Source: Epiperipatus broadwayi (lineage: Eukaryota > Animalia > Onychophora). Taken from it: a DNA stretch of 64,000 bases. Location: assembly GCA_028023455.1 (NCBI GenBank), contig JAQFVV010000011.1:806001-870000 (forward strand). Reading direction: 5' to 3'. The position numbers were made by a program, and so were the translations under genes. Under the pieces are notes generated by a model that saw only the letters and a list, made by a program, of their open reading frames with translations, did not search any database and was not told the origin of the DNA. Positions 25,976-38,906 of the stretch are shown piece after piece; position 1 is the stretch's first letter; every line of letters starts with the position of its first letter.

Positions 25976-26560
25976 TATTCTTGTACTATATTTTAAAAAA
26001 ATCCTCCCACCCAACTTTTATATCTTTTTTATTTTGGACTATTTACTTGATTTTTAATAAATTTTATCTCACCTCATTGTTTAGAAATTATCTTTTTTTT
26101 TACAAATTTAGTTTATCTAATCATAATTTTAACATAAGTGTTATATCAATAAATGAAACTAACATTTTTGTAATCTTATCATAATTAGTCAAAATATCTA
26201 GCATTATCAAACAACTTTTGTTATTGAGAGAGGTATTGTAGTTTTGTGTCTGGAGATTAAAAGAATGAGTTCATTACAGTTAATAAGCTCAAAAATATTT
26301 AAATTGACTATAATAAATTTTCGTCTGAAAAGAGCAAGTTGCAAGCTATTTTAATTACTAGGATCAAAGTGTATGATTGGAGTTTCCAAATAAACATTTC
26401 ATAATGGCAAATTGCTAGATTGTAAAAAATAAAAATAAACAGAATAATATATATAAATTTGAAGTTTATTAAGAAATATAACTTTTTACAAAATACTACT
26501 TTCTATTTTCGTTTCTCCACAAAATAATATGTGCTTTCATATCATATTTGGAAAATACAA

Positions 26561-26950
26561 TATCAGTGATAGGCATATTCTGTGTTTTGGAAGTATTGGA
26601 TGTCAACAATATTCACATTCTCTGTTTTAGAAGTATTAGACATCAATGATATGCATTCTGTGCTTCAGAAATATTAGATATCAGTAATATATATTTTGCA
26701 TGTCAGTGACATATATTTTTCATGTTTCAGAAGGATTAGGTGTTTGTGGTATACATGTTCCTTGGAAAGAGATGAATATGAAATGTTCATATTTTGTTTC
26801 AAAAAAGCTGGATGTTAGTGGCAAACATATTGTTTGATAAGGTTTGAATATTGGCCATATACACCGTCTATATTTCAGATGGTATTGGATGACAGCAGTA
26901 CTCATATTCTACATTTTGGAAGTGTTGGAAGTCAGTGCTATATATTTTTT
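26561..26950. repeat. Degenerate ~40-bp minisatellite
   Basis: Recurrent catattctgtgttttggaagtattggatgtca variants. Confidence 0.65.
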
Positions 26951-27266
26951 GTGCTTTCCTGAAGGTTTGTGATGATGGTGTTCTAGTTGTATTTTTATAT
27001 TGGAGTATTTCCAAGATTTAATATGAGTACTGAATGTCTAGAAAAATTTAATTAAATTTCCAAATACAGTACATTCAACTATTAGTAAGAGCACATCAAA
27101 CAGGTTAGTATATGTACTATGTTTTGAGAAGTATTATTCTCCCTTCTTCTTCAGGTGTTTCTGGCCTGACCAGTGACAGTAATAGCATAGGATTTGAATC
27201 TGGACCCTTAGATTCTTGAGTATTAAATTTTTAAGGTAATGCTCTAGCCAACTGAGCCATCCTTCC
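26951..27266 (-). mobile_element. Family C full-length copy (tRNA-Lys-like head, HHR-like core, tail)
   Basis: Minus strand: gatggctcagttgg (A box), aatctaagggtccagattcaaatcc (tRNA-Lys-like, B box), cacCTGAAGA..., 3' tail caccatcatcacaaaccttcagg. Confidence 0.8.
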
Positions 27267-28129
27267 AAAGGCAACAGTCAATAGAAATTTCATATACTTA
27301 TCTATGAGGTTTCTCCTAACTGCTCCACTTTTTCCTAAAAGCAAAGTTGATTAGTGGTTTCCATACATCATGTATAGAACACTAGGTTGGCTTATAGGAT
27401 TTTTTGCCATTGTCATGTGAGCAGCCTCTTTAAATTTTCTTCTTTGTACCTTTTCTTCTCTATCCAATATTTTTATATTTTCCCAATTGAACATATATTC
27501 ATTGGCACATACATGGTCTGCTACCTTAGATCAGACACCCCACTAAGAAGTTTAAAGTATGTTAATTTTATATTGTAGAAACAAAATTTTCTGCACTGAA
27601 AATATTTTCTCAAGTACATTTAGATATATATATATAAATTCGATTGTAAAGGACTATTTAGTTGTTTTAATAGTAAAAACTGGAAATTTATCTAACTTTT
27701 TTCCTGGTAATGATATCACCACAACTGTAATACATTCCTTTAAAAGAATCTCAATCAGTCTATCTGAAAGTGGACTGACACTCAATACAATTCTAGAATA
27801 CACTTTTTTACCTTGTTTTTCTACCATAATTGTAATAGTTCAAAAAATCGTAGAAGAATTTTTGCAGCAAGTCAATTATAACATCAAGAAAAATAATTTT
27901 ATTATAGGCACACTAAATTGGATTAGTGATGAAATAATCACATCAATTAATCACAAAACATATAGAATGAACCATGGCTGGACTATGGGGCTCATTCAGT
28001 AGAGTTGTCTGTATTCTGTACTTGCCCAAATTTGAGAATTTGGTTCTTCCAAAATCTGAGTGTCGAATACAGTCTTATATTCTTGAGACATGGACAATAC
28101 TTTAATATATGTGCTAACAAAGAAATTAT

Positions 28130-28430
28130 TAGTAAAATTCACCAATAAAACTTTTTTTTAAAGATGTTATCCATTGTACATTCATTTCACATGTCCAATC
28201 CAATGAAGATATAATTTTTCAATTATGGATTGTATTGGAAAGACTACCAACAAGTTGAAAAACACATCTTGTCATCGTATTTTTAAAATTCTACACAGCT
28301 TGATAGAGTGGACATAAAAATCCCTACAGTTAATATCAATGAATCCTTTCTAAAGATATTTCTTACATTTTATTCTTTCCAGAGTCAAAATGGGGATCTT
28401 TACCTTAAGTGGGCATCATGCATCCACTGA
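28130..28430 (-). pseudogene. Decayed RTE (BovB-like) C-terminal fragment
   Basis: LSGC, ILKIRxQD, LHWIGHVKxM and a frameshifted KKxxxGE read in the RTE order. Confidence 0.55.
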
Positions 28431-28553
28431 GTCAACAATCATGGGTATGTTACACTTTAAATTAATATTTACAAATATTAAAAATAACTAATTTTAAGGT
28501 AACTATAATTGAATTAAGCCACAAAAAGCAGATATTAAATATATAAATGTATA

Positions 28554-30558
28554 AATCATCATCAACCATTACCAATCCACTGCAGAATGAAGGTCTCTCC
28601 AAGTTTAATCCATCTTCTCCAATCTTTAGCTTCTCTTCTCCCCAACACCCCTGCACACTTTCTTATTTCATCCATCCATCTCACATGTGGTCTCTTTCTG
28701 GGTCTTTTACAATCTCTTGAAATCCAGTTTAAAATTTCAATTGTCCATCTATTATCATCTCTTCTAGCAATATGTCCAGCCCAACTCCATTTCAGTTTTT
28801 TAATTTTTTCAATGAGGTCAGTAACACCTGTTTGTTGTCTTACCCATACATTGCGTTTTCGATCTCTTCTTGTTACTCCCAACATACATCTCTCCATACT
28901 CCTTTGAGTGGTCTGAAGTCTCTGTATTGCTCTTCTATTAAGTGTCCAAGTCTCAGATCCATAAGTAAGAACTGGTAAAACACATTTGTTAAAAACCATC
29001 CTTTTCAAACACATAGGCATATTTCCTTTTAGTATCAAGTTATTTCTACCAAAAGCACTCCAACCAAGTTTAATTATATGATTAATTTCCTCCATTATGT
29101 TTCCATCTGTATTAATAATCTGACCAAGATATTTGTAACTGTTAACTTCTTCTAATTCTTCATAGTCAATCTTTATTTTCATATTTTGAGCAAATCGATT
29201 AAACATTACTTTAGTCTTTTTAACATTTATCTTTAGTCCTACTTTTCTACTTTCATCTGCTAACTCCTGCAACATTTCCTGCAGCTCTGAAACATTATTT
29301 GCAAAAACAACTACATCATCTGTGAAATCTAAATGACTTAAATACTCTCCATTTACTTTCACTCCTTTAGTTTCCCATTTTAATCCACAAAATACTTCTT
29401 GCAGTACTGCTGTAAAGAGTTTTGGAGATATGGAGTCACCTTGTCTTACACCTTTCTCAATGTTGATTTTTCCAGTATCATTATGTAATCTAATTGTTGC
29501 TGTTGCATTTTTATAAATATTCTTTAAAATATGACAATATCCTGGATCTATACCTTGATGATCCAATGCTTTAATCACTGAAGAAATGTGTATAGAATCG
29601 AATGCCTTTTCATAATCTACAAATCCAAAACATAATGACAACTCATATTCGTTTGTCCTTTCTATGACTTCTCTCAATACCTGGATATGATCTATTGTAC
29701 TAAAACCACTTTTAAATCCAGCTTGTTCTCTTGGTTGGTGGAAATCCAAAGTTCTCTGTAGACGAGTTGTAATTATCTTGGTAAAAATTTTATATAAAAC
29801 TGATAAAAGGCTGATAGGTCTGTAATTTCTAATATCTTCTTTATCACCTTTTTTAAATATTAATATTATTACTGCATTCTTCCAATCTTCCGGTACATCT
29901 TTATCATTTAGACATTTGGTATATAACTTTGCTAAAATTGCTTCTATTTCTTCACCTGCTTCTTTTAATATATCAATTATAATTCCATCATTTCCTGGAG
30001 CCTTTCCTTTCTTCATACACTTAATTTCATGCCTCACTTCTTCATTTAAAATTCTGGGCAATTCGGAAGATGTAATAGATATAGGAGGTACTTGTTCTTT
30101 ATTACTATATAATTCTTGATAAAAATCTTCTACCAATTTCATGATGTCATCTCTCTTTTTAGTAATAATTCCATCTTTTTTTCTTATTGCAGATATAAAT
30201 TTCCTATCAATACCAAAATGTTGTTTAACATTTTTGAGACTTTTATTTTCTTCTACAGCTTTCCTTGCTATTTCACAGTTATACTTTCTTATATCATTTT
30301 CAACTCTTTTCCGTACCATTTTACAAAATTCGAGATATTCAATTCTTTTTAATACATCATTTTTGTATATCTTCATATTCCTTCTTTTCTTCATAAATTC
30401 TCTAGTCTCATTTATTAGTCAATTGCTGCTTTTTTCTACCAGCTATGTTTGTTGCAGTTTTTAAAAGTGTATCAGTTATTTTCATATTAATTTCATTTAA
30501 ATCTGAATCATGTTCAAAATCTCCTAACACTTGAAACCTATTTATAAGTTCTAAACGC
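28554..30558 (-). mobile_element. 5'-truncated RTE-clade non-LTR retrotransposon, relatively young
   Basis: RT ORF, (GAT)n tail at ~28555, frameshifted upstream linker (LELINRFQVL). Candidate 15-bp TSD atatataaa(t/c)g(t/c)ata at 28539-28553 and 30559-30573. Confidence 0.93.
28562..30394 (-). CDS. RTE-clade reverse transcriptase, 610 aa, lacking the endonuclease domain
   Basis: KAPGNDG, NYRPISLLS, EQAGF, FVDYEKAFDS, GVRQGDSISP, LDFTDD, YKYLG, KLKWSWAGH. Confidence 0.93.
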   Translation of the reverse strand: MKKRRNMKIYKNDVLKRIEYLEFCKMVRKRVENDIRKYNCEIARKAVEENKSLKNVKQHFGIDRKFISAIRKKDGIITKKRDDIMKLVEDFYQELYSNKEQVPPISITSSELPRILNEEVRHEIKCMKKGKAPGNDGIIIDILKEAGEEIEAILAKLYTKCLNDKDVPEDWKNAVIILIFKKGDKEDIRNYRPISLLSVLYKIFTKIITTRLQRTLDFHQPREQAGFKSGFSTIDHIQVLREVIERTNEYELSLCFGFVDYEKAFDSIHISSVIKALDHQGIDPGYCHILKNIYKNATATIRLHNDTGKINIEKGVRQGDSISPKLFTAVLQEVFCGLKWETKGVKVNGEYLSHLDFTDDVVVFANNVSELQEMLQELADESRKVGLKINVKKTKVMFNRFAQNMKIKIDYEELEEVNSYKYLGQIINTDGNIMEEINHIIKLGWSAFGRNNLILKGNMPMCLKRMVFNKCVLPVLTYGSETWTLNRRAIQRLQTTQRSMERCMLGVTRRDRKRNVWVRQQTGVTDLIEKIKKLKWSWAGHIARRDDNRWTIEILNWISRDCKRPRKRPHVRWMDEIRKCAGVLGRREAKDWRRWIKLGETFILQWIGNG

Positions 30559-31254
30559 ATATATAAACGCATATATAAGTATGATTTCTCTACACACACA
30601 CACCAGTCAAGGTAATAAATATAATTAAGGAAATTATAATCTAGATCTGGTAATAGTTTGCCTTATCCTTACCATTCTATCATTCTCTCTATCACTAAAA
30701 GCCATTATATGCTTTATGTAGATGATATATATAAAGAACCTTATGGATTGTATATATATTGCATCTGCAAACCGCTTATAATATGCTTAGTGAAACTATT
30801 TTCAAGACAAAATTTGTTTCAAGTAACTGGAATTAATTAAACTCAGTTAACCATCCACCATTAGTCAGAAAATGGTTATATAGTTATTTGTTAGAAGTAC
30901 AAAAAAAACATCCAAATTTTTACCCCCAACCAGCTAGTGGCAAACCAGATGAGTATTGCCTTATTCTCCATTCTTCCTTTATGAGAGGCTGTTGAAGAGA
31001 AATGGATTACTTATTAAAAAGACTGATTTACTTTATTCAGACATGCATGTATTGTTAAGTCCTCTCTGCCCAAAGAGATTGAGGAACTAAGCAGTAGCGA
31101 GAGAACTATGACCAAGTTCACCATTGCATTTTAATAAAATAAGAACATTATAATAAAAATAACCATCACATTTAACTCTACAAGGTTTAAATATGAAAAG
31201 CTAAAATAAATCCAATTAAATATAGAATAGAGCAAGATGAATAGGTAAAATAGA

Positions 31255-31495
31255 CAGTCATACAGACAATCATTATAGTATTCGATTATATCAGGGTGGA
31301 TGTATTAATACTGTATATATTTTAAGAATCTATATATATATTTAATGTATTCCAATATTATAGCGCTATGCAGACAATCTTCACTATAGTATTCGGTTAT
31401 CTTTGATAGGTAGTACTATTTTCGGGATGGATATATTAGTACTGAATATATTTTAAGAATTGATAAAAAAATTTAAAAAATATATTCCATTATTA
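31255..31495. repeat. Diverged two-copy tandem repeat (~110-130 bp)
   Basis: cagacaatc...tatagtattcg...ggatg...tactg.atatattttaagaat occurs twice. Confidence 0.7.
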
Positions 31496-31560
31496 TAGTT
31501 ATTTATTTTTGCTAGCTGGAGGAAAATTTAAATTATCTTTTCCTTTTTCTTCCCATTTAC

Positions 31561-31672
31561 GCGATCCCAGTAACAAGCAGACACCCCCTCCATCAAATGG
31601 TTTAATTCGCTTTCAAAAGTTCCTGCATCAGATCTCCCGAAATAACTCACAGGACAGTTATTGAGAAATTTT
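31561..31672 (-). other. Candidate internal coding exon of an unknown host gene
   Basis: GC/CpG-richer island; AG..GT-bounded 112 bp open as KFLNNCPVSYFGRSDAGTFESELNHLMEGVSACYWDR. The acceptor is weak (AAG). Confidence 0.3.
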
Positions 31673-34219
31673 CTTTAATTAATAAAATCGTAATATTTTT
31701 CGTTTACTTCTAAATTGAATCACTTGTCTCGAGGCTATACATGAATTAATTATCAGGCGAAAACAAAAACTAACTTCCCAGCGTGTTTATTGATCATTAC
31801 TGGCTGTTAGTATAAATCATTTATGAGTGACTCTTAGACTATTACTAATATCAATTCTATTTTTATAGACATTTTGTTATTAATTAATTAAAAAACAATT
31901 ATCTTAAGCATACAATTGATAATGCAACAGTATTGATATTTATAAAAATTTATACACCTCAGTAGTTCAATTGTTGACAAAAAAAAGTAACCAAATGTCC
32001 ACACGAATATCGTGATTCTGGTGTTATCCACCTCTAGCTCATCTGAAAGACCACATGTATATATATGATCTAGGTTTTTGCATAGGCGTAGAATGCTTGC
32101 AATATGACAAATTTGAAATGAAGATGCAATGATATACAAATAAACATTTAACATTAAAATATAAATGCATATTAATTTACCTAAAATTACAACACATACA
32201 TAAATATGAAACATGGAAAATCAAAACATAACAAGAAAATGAAAACATTTGGAAGTGATTGAAAAATGAACTGAGCAGTAAGATTAGTAATATAACTGAA
32301 AAAGGACTCACTAGTAAGCAAATTTAAAAGAGAAAAAAGATTGAACTAGTTAAATGCCTTTAGAGCTATTTTGAAAAATTTATTGCAAAGTATCGTAATA
32401 AATGAAAGAATGAAAGATAAAGAAAAAGCATTAAAAGCAAAAGAAGTCCAATATCCTTGCCATTTGATTCCTAGCCTTTCTTCAGATGCCAAAATTCAAA
32501 GTCAGTAGAAAAACATGTATAATTCATTTTTATATAGTACAGATATTTCTAACATATATATATACAGTAAGTATCCAACATTTTATCAATAAAATAATTA
32601 ACAAAAGTAAATAAATAGTAATACTGTTGAAAGAAATTGAAAGGAAGATAGCATCTTCAGGATGTACTCACAAATGAATGTGATTATTCTAACTTCAAAA
32701 AGATAGAAGGAAAATAATAATATGCTAGAGATGTTTTTTGCAATGATTATACAAACCAATCAATGAAACACAAATATGGGTATGTTGATTTATTATTTTA
32801 TTTATCGTAGTTTGTGACCCTGTATTATAACACCTTCTGCAACAAACTTTTTTTTTGAAAAACATCAACACCTTGTCTGACTGTAGTCTATCCTCAGCTG
32901 CATCTTTCCAATGAAAGCAATTAATCTTGCATTTTCTTTATAATGTCATTGAGGTTGTCCTAGAGATAATCTTTATAATATAAATGGAACTTATACTCAA
33001 ATCAATGTCTGCATGCTTTAATGTATTTAATTGCCTTCTTTCTCTCTCTCTCTCAAAAAAAATTTCTATTCTCTTTTTCATTCATCTAGTGATGAAAACT
33101 GATAATAAAATACAAAAAATATCATATATGCTGTAAAATTCATAAATTAAACATCATTTTGACTGCACAGTAGCAATCATTTTATTATAACATTTGAGGA
33201 GTTGGCGGTAGCAGTTTTTACCAAACTAAAGGGAGCCTCTCTTACTTGCATTAAATGGTTAACATTACTTCTTTTCAGTAAACCCTTTGTCAAATTCTTC
33301 ATATAGAATCACCATCCTCTAAAGCAGTATATGATCTACTTACATTTTTTATGATCATATTCTTCATCACATATATTTAATGCTTTTCAGTCTTCTCTAG
33401 ATACTTATCTTGTACTACGGATCTAATATCTCCAGCAGTTTAAGGAGCATGAATAATTCTAACATGACTTTCTTCTATTTTTTTACCATTTAATCTATGA
33501 GATATAGTTAAATGTAACTGATTCAAGACTCAAACTATAAAGTTAATTTTTCATACTTATAACCTTCAGTTTGAATAGAGTTTATGGCAAAATAAAATTA
33601 CTTTTTTATAGAAATACATAATCAATGTCTACCAAATTTCTAGAACTCGAACCTAAACTTGAGTGTTTTCTTATTTATTAATTACTCCTGCCATCTCTGG
33701 AGAAAAATGAAAACTAAAGGATACAATTGCTATCATTAAAATAGAACTGTTCAATATATAATTGTGCTAAAATTCTTCAGCTTTTGGTTGACCTAATGCT
33801 ATGTGATTTTTGCTGCATTCTATGATGTCATGTCCCAATCACACAAAGGTTTATTATTATTAACTCATTCCCATAAAATAACTCACTAACTTCAGAATAC
33901 ATTTTTCCTTTACAACTAAACCACTTTCATTTTCACTCACTAATGAGACACTTCACATCTTCTTTGTGACCATTTTTAATGAACTTGTTAAATCTAGTAG
34001 AGAAAAAGTACTGCTAATTAATGGGAAGACTACAAAAATGTGCTGAAATGACTAAAGGCTAGATTTGGAGAGGGCATTATGAGACAAAAAATAATTTCTG
34101 CTATGTAGGCAAACAAGAAAAACTGCCTAGACTTTTGATGGAGCTAAACTAATGACTTAGCCTAAACTAATAACTAGTTTAATTCTGTTATTAGGGAACA
34201 TAGCTTTACAATGCAAATA

Positions 34220-35578
34220 CAGATACTCCCCTAGTTATGAACACTCGAGTTATAAACATTTTGCTATTACATAATCACTTTCGAACTTTAGATCTTTATC
34301 TATGCACATACTTTCATGTATAATTAGTGCTATATACTGTAGAAAAAAATGGGTGTTCAAAATTGTACAGTATTTTAGTACTTTAATAATTAAAAAATTC
34401 CTTTTAGTAATTAACGCTACAAATTTACAGTATCTGATAAAAAAACTATTTACATACATTCATAATTGAATTTTTTCTAAAGAAAGATAAACTTTAGAAT
34501 TTAGAAAATAATTAAAAGTATATTTTAGAGGACAATAAAAACTTATATACTGTAAAATACAATAAATTTTCCCATCTCTCTGACATTAATTACTTTTATT
34601 TGTAGCATTGTCACAAATTGTCTTGAATAGATGGTCTTAATTAGCGCTTGTTTTTCATTCTTATTAATTAAAAACATGAGTGAGAAGAAAAAAAATAGCA
34701 GTGTTGATACAACCAAAAAGAAATCAAGGTCTCATAAACTCCAAACGGTCGAGACAAAAGTAGATATAATTAGACATCCTGAAAATGGTGAATCTTTTGC
34801 TTCAACTGGACATTCATGTAATTTAAACTGATCAACAATATATACAATTGTGAAAAACAAGACCAAAATTAAGGAATATGTTAAAAATAATGGAAATATT
34901 TATTCAAAGATTGATTCAAAAAGACATGGCAGAGTAATGGATGATATGGAGAAATCTTAGTTTTTATGGAAGATCAACATCAAAAAGGCATCCCAGTGAG
35001 TTTATCAATTATTCAAGCTAAGGCTCTTAGTTTGCATGAAGATTGGAAGAAAGAATTAAAAGAAGACTTTGCTGCTGAATTTGTATCAAGCAATGTCATT
35101 GATGAAGGTATTAATGAGTTAATGCAATCTCATTCAGAACCTCTGTCAGATGAAGACTTAATTAAACTACAAGATGTGAATGAAATACAAAATGAAGAAA
35201 AATCTGATAATGAACTTATTTTTGAGAGTTTGACAATGAAGAATATGAATGAAGCCTTCATGCACCTTGACAAATTTTTGACCATCATGGAACAATGTGA
35301 TCTCAGTGAAGAGAGTATTTCTCATATATGAAGGGCAATAGAAAAAGACACAGAATGTTACAGAATTTTTTTTATCAAGAGAAGAAAAAGAATACAATTC
35401 AATTAACTCTTGATAAATTTGTAAACAAAATTCCAGATACTAATCAATAAAAATAAATACTTTATTTTAAAAACCCATTTTGATGTTTTCTTTTTTTTAC
35501 ATACCTCTACTTTCAAACAATTTCAACTTCCAAACACATATCAGGAAACAATTAAGTCCATAACTAGGTAACTGCCTG
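34220..35578 (+). mobile_element. Internally deleted Tigger/pogo (Tc1/mariner superfamily) element
   Basis: TA-flanked degenerate TIRs sharing cctagttatg.ac. CENP-B/psq-type HTH (TVETKVDIIRH...STIYTIVKNK) and an acidic C-terminus; the DDE region is absent. Confidence 0.8.
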
Positions 35579-35866
35579 TAGTCAGTTTCAACTTCATTAT
35601 ACAATTTAAGCCAATGGTTAACTTTCAATACTATACAGTTTTCACTAAATATGCTTGTTTATCTAGTCATTATACTAAAAAGTCAAAGGTGCTTGTAATT
35701 AGCTCATAACTGAATATATAGGATATATATGGGAGATTAGTTTGACATCACAATATAGTAGTCTTTGATTATTTATTCTTACATGGGTAGCTCACATGTA
35801 GAACAAAAATAAATATTGATATTAATTAAATCTCAACGTATTAATTCTTTTCATAAAAAAAAAATG

Positions 35867-36161
35867 TAATTCTTAAACACTCATTGACTTCAAGTTCAGA
35901 TGAAAAGGTATAAATTAATTAACATAAAGTAATTAATTATACTGAGCCAGCTTTCAGCAAAAGCACTGCCAGAATCATAGAGCTGAATAAAGTTATGCAG
36001 CTATATATCAATTATATATGTTTACCTGTGCGGCATAACTTTGTTCAGCATTGATTCTGGCAGTGCTTTGCTGAAAGCTGTCTCAGTGCAATTAATTAGT
36101 TTACATTAATTAATTTATACCTTTTCATCTGAACTCAATATCAACGAATACTTAAGAATTG
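35867..36161. mobile_element. ~295-bp fold-back element with a ~25-nt loop
   Basis: gttcagatgaaaaggtataaattaattaa...ctttcagcaaa(a)gcactgccagaatca is mirrored. Confidence 0.85.
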
Positions 36162-36336
36162 ATGTTAATTAAATATACATTTGTTTTCTTAGAGTAATTT
36201 CATATATCTTGCAAAAAAGATTTAAAATATTAAAATACTATCATATAAAAAGATTTCCCTCCTGAATTTATGCAGATTTCGTTTACTTTTATCTCTCTCT
36301 ATTTCTCTCTCTCTCTTTTTTTTTTCATTTGCCAAA

Positions 36337-36408
36337 TGCGTTGACCGGGAAGCGAACCCGAGCCAGCTGCTTGGAAGGCAGCTACGCTAACCACTAGGTC
36401 ACCAACGC
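36337..36408 (-). tRNA. tRNA-Gly(TCC)-like sequence with a complete cloverleaf; probably a SINE copy rather than a functional gene
   Basis: GCGTTGG/TCAACGC acceptor, GCTGC-CT-TCC-AA-GCAGC, TCGGG-TTCGCTT-CCCGG. A58 is replaced by C; a trailer and A-run follow. Confidence 0.65.
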
Positions 36409-36844
36409 TTGACCCTTGTTTAAAAAAAAAGCTAGTTCGCAATTTCAATTATAACAATTACTCATAATCTTTTACTTTTAAAATTCATCCTCATAGCAAT
36501 AATTTTACTCAAGATTTGCACTCCAAAGCTATTTCGTTTCAAGTTCTTCCTCCTTATCTGCAAGCACCGTTCTATCATCAGCTGATATAATGTACTCCTT
36601 TTTTCCCTTCAAAATAATAGGAATTTACTTTTTTTTATTAAGAGAACAATAAACAAATAAACAAAAAGAATTCTTTATTTGTGCGTACATATATATGAGA
36701 ACATCTTCAGGATGGGATAATGGTGTAAAAATGAAAGAGGAGTACATATTAACTCCCTTTCTTATGTTGAGTAATCAATTCAATAAATTACTCCCACCCT
36801 AAGTTTTTAATTCAAAAGCTTTCCCAAGCAAGATCAAACTTTTT

Positions 36845-36940
36845 TTTTTCATGTGTCAAAGGATTGGCCGGGAAGCAAACCTGGGACAACTGCTTGTAAG
36901 GCGGCTGTGCTTACCTTTCAGCCACCAACGCTTGACCAAT
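36845..36940 (-). mobile_element. tRNA-Gly-derived SINE (anticodon loop TAC)
   Basis: A-tail and gtcaa leader; TSD atcaaacttttt at 36833 and 36941. Confidence 0.85.
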
Positions 36941-37094
36941 ATCAAACTTTTTCATCAGGTGTTCAGTATATCTAATTAGTCAGTAAATGGATATCTAGAT
37001 ATTTTTAGCAGGAAATGGAAAATAAATTCTCCTGTAACATGGCTCAATCGAAGATGTTGTTGCACTGACTAAAAATAAATATATGAATAAAATA

Positions 37095-37715
37095 TTATAA
37101 ATATAAGGGACTTGAACACAGAATTTCAAGCACGCTTCAACTATTCATACTATCTCATATCATTGATACACATGATAACGCATATGTAGAAAAGATAAAT
37201 AATCATCAATAAACGTATTTCGTGCTGAACCAGCACTCATCATGATGTCTTGGTTCAGATTATCATCTCCCATACATATATATAATTAGTGCTCAGTTTA
37301 TATTAAGATAGCAAATCTTCATATTTTAATGGATGGGCTTCAATCTACTCCAACCTCCAACTCTTAGATTGAAGCCAGTCCATTAAAGTATGAAGATTTG
37401 CTATCTTAATATAAATTGAGCACTGATTATATATATATGGGAAATGATAATCTGGACTAACATGATTTGGGCTTTCCATCATCAGATTTTCAATGGTATG
37501 GATGGCTGAAGAGTTGGAAATTGGAATAGATTGAAACCTGTCCATTAAAGTATGAAGATAGCACTGATTATACGTGTATTGGTGATTATTTATCCTTTCT
37601 ACATATGTGTTGTCATGTGTATATGAGATAGTATGGATAGTTGAAGGGTGCTTGAAAGTCTGTGTTCAAATCCTCTATATTTACAATTATGCTCCAGGTA
37701 TATGAAGAATGTCTG
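37095..37715. mobile_element. Family A compound hairpin (inverted arm, rearranged sense arms, tail)
   Basis: Minus arm 37095-37360 has a degenerate HHR at ~37205-37255. Sense pieces lie at 37361-37465 and 37466-37715, the latter with the HHR core deleted. Confidence 0.85.
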
Positions 37716-38653
37716 TATTTCAAATATTGAATAAAATATTATGCAACTTTTACTACTGATGAGGGAAACGTCAATAATAGTTCACACAACTCCAACTATT
37801 TCTTTCCCGATTCTTTCTAAATTCAAACTGATTTCATTTGAGAAATAGATGAAGATAGAGAGTCGAACTTAAATTTTTCTCAAGACTGATAATGATTATC
37901 ATCATTCTTACTATGATTTTGAAATGAAAAAAAAAATCAGCAAAGAAATTCAAAGTGCGTTTGAATAAATATGTATATAAGGGATTGCATTTACAAAGTA
38001 AATTATAGCTGCACAAATGGAAAAACAACAACATATAATACGTGTATATATATTTGAGCATGTGTTCTAATTAGCCAATATAACGAGATAAAACAAACAA
38101 AAGAAATTTCCTTAAATGAATGAATGCTGCTTCAAAAAAATAATCATCTCATTAATTAATTAATCAGTCATTCCATTAATTAATCAGCATAATATATTAG
38201 AAGTATAACAATTACAATTTTGATTAGATTTATTATAAACATATTTAAAATTATCATCATATTAAAATCAAATAAAAAATTTTCAGAAATAAAAAAACAT
38301 TGATTAAAGAAGACCTGGAATTAAAAATATTCACGAATAAATTGATTATATATACACAAAAAGACTGCACACACAATCATATGGTTAAGTAATCTTCTGG
38401 CTTGTAGATGTGAAGTCTTATTGGTGTTGAGAATTATGATAAGGCAGTAAGTAACTCTTAATTTGTTAGTAGCAGTCTGTAATTTGTTGAAAGTCTTGCC
38501 TTGTTGGTAAAGTGAGTAGAGTGGCAGGTCCAGGAAGTGAAAACTGATGGAACCACAACCCAATCTCTATCATTATAAACACCTAAGCATTAAACCATTT
38601 GATTATTTTGCCTTACATATTTTGGTGATTTCAATGACATTCAAGTGTATATA

Positions 38654-38753
38654 TTTTTTCCCCCATGTGTCATAGCATCAGCCGGGAAGCGAATCCGCGA
38701 TCCCGGGACAACTGCTTGTAAAGCAGCCGTCGCTGACCTCTCGTCCATCAACG
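38654..38753 (-). mobile_element. tRNA-Gly-derived SINE, insertion subtype (TAC)
   Basis: Matches 24023-24132; tatattttt on both flanks. Confidence 0.85.
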
Positions 38754-38791
38754 TATATTTTTAAAAGATCTAAGTGGAATCCTTTAATTTT

Positions 38792-38818
38792 TTTTTTTCA
38801 TGTGTCATAGCATCGGCC
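38792..38818 (-). mobile_element. 5'-truncated SINE (3' ~20 nt plus poly(A))
   Basis: 13-bp TSD atcctttaatttt at 38779-38791 and 38819-38831. Confidence 0.85.
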
Positions 38819-38906
38819 ATCCTTTAATTTTAATTTGGCAATCTTGTTTATTATTAATTGCACATAATAAATAATAAAAATAAGATGTTTTTACTTAATG
38901 TAAGTT

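Noticed and set aside
27559-28002. 147-aa ORF
   Set aside because: No recognisable domain beyond a faint ISLSES similarity to LINE endonuclease (LSETW); too weak to call.
28587-30464. Plus-strand ORFs overlapping the RTE (and 40892-41365 on the minus strand)
   Set aside because: Antisense shadows of the RT frame, with no independent motifs.
35867-36161. Hammerhead within this fold-back (gaaagctgtc)
   Set aside because: The CUGANGA core is absent and stem I does not pair.
37750-37780. CTGATGA-GG-GAAA-CG-TC hammerhead-like string
   Set aside because: No stem II and no stem I pairing.
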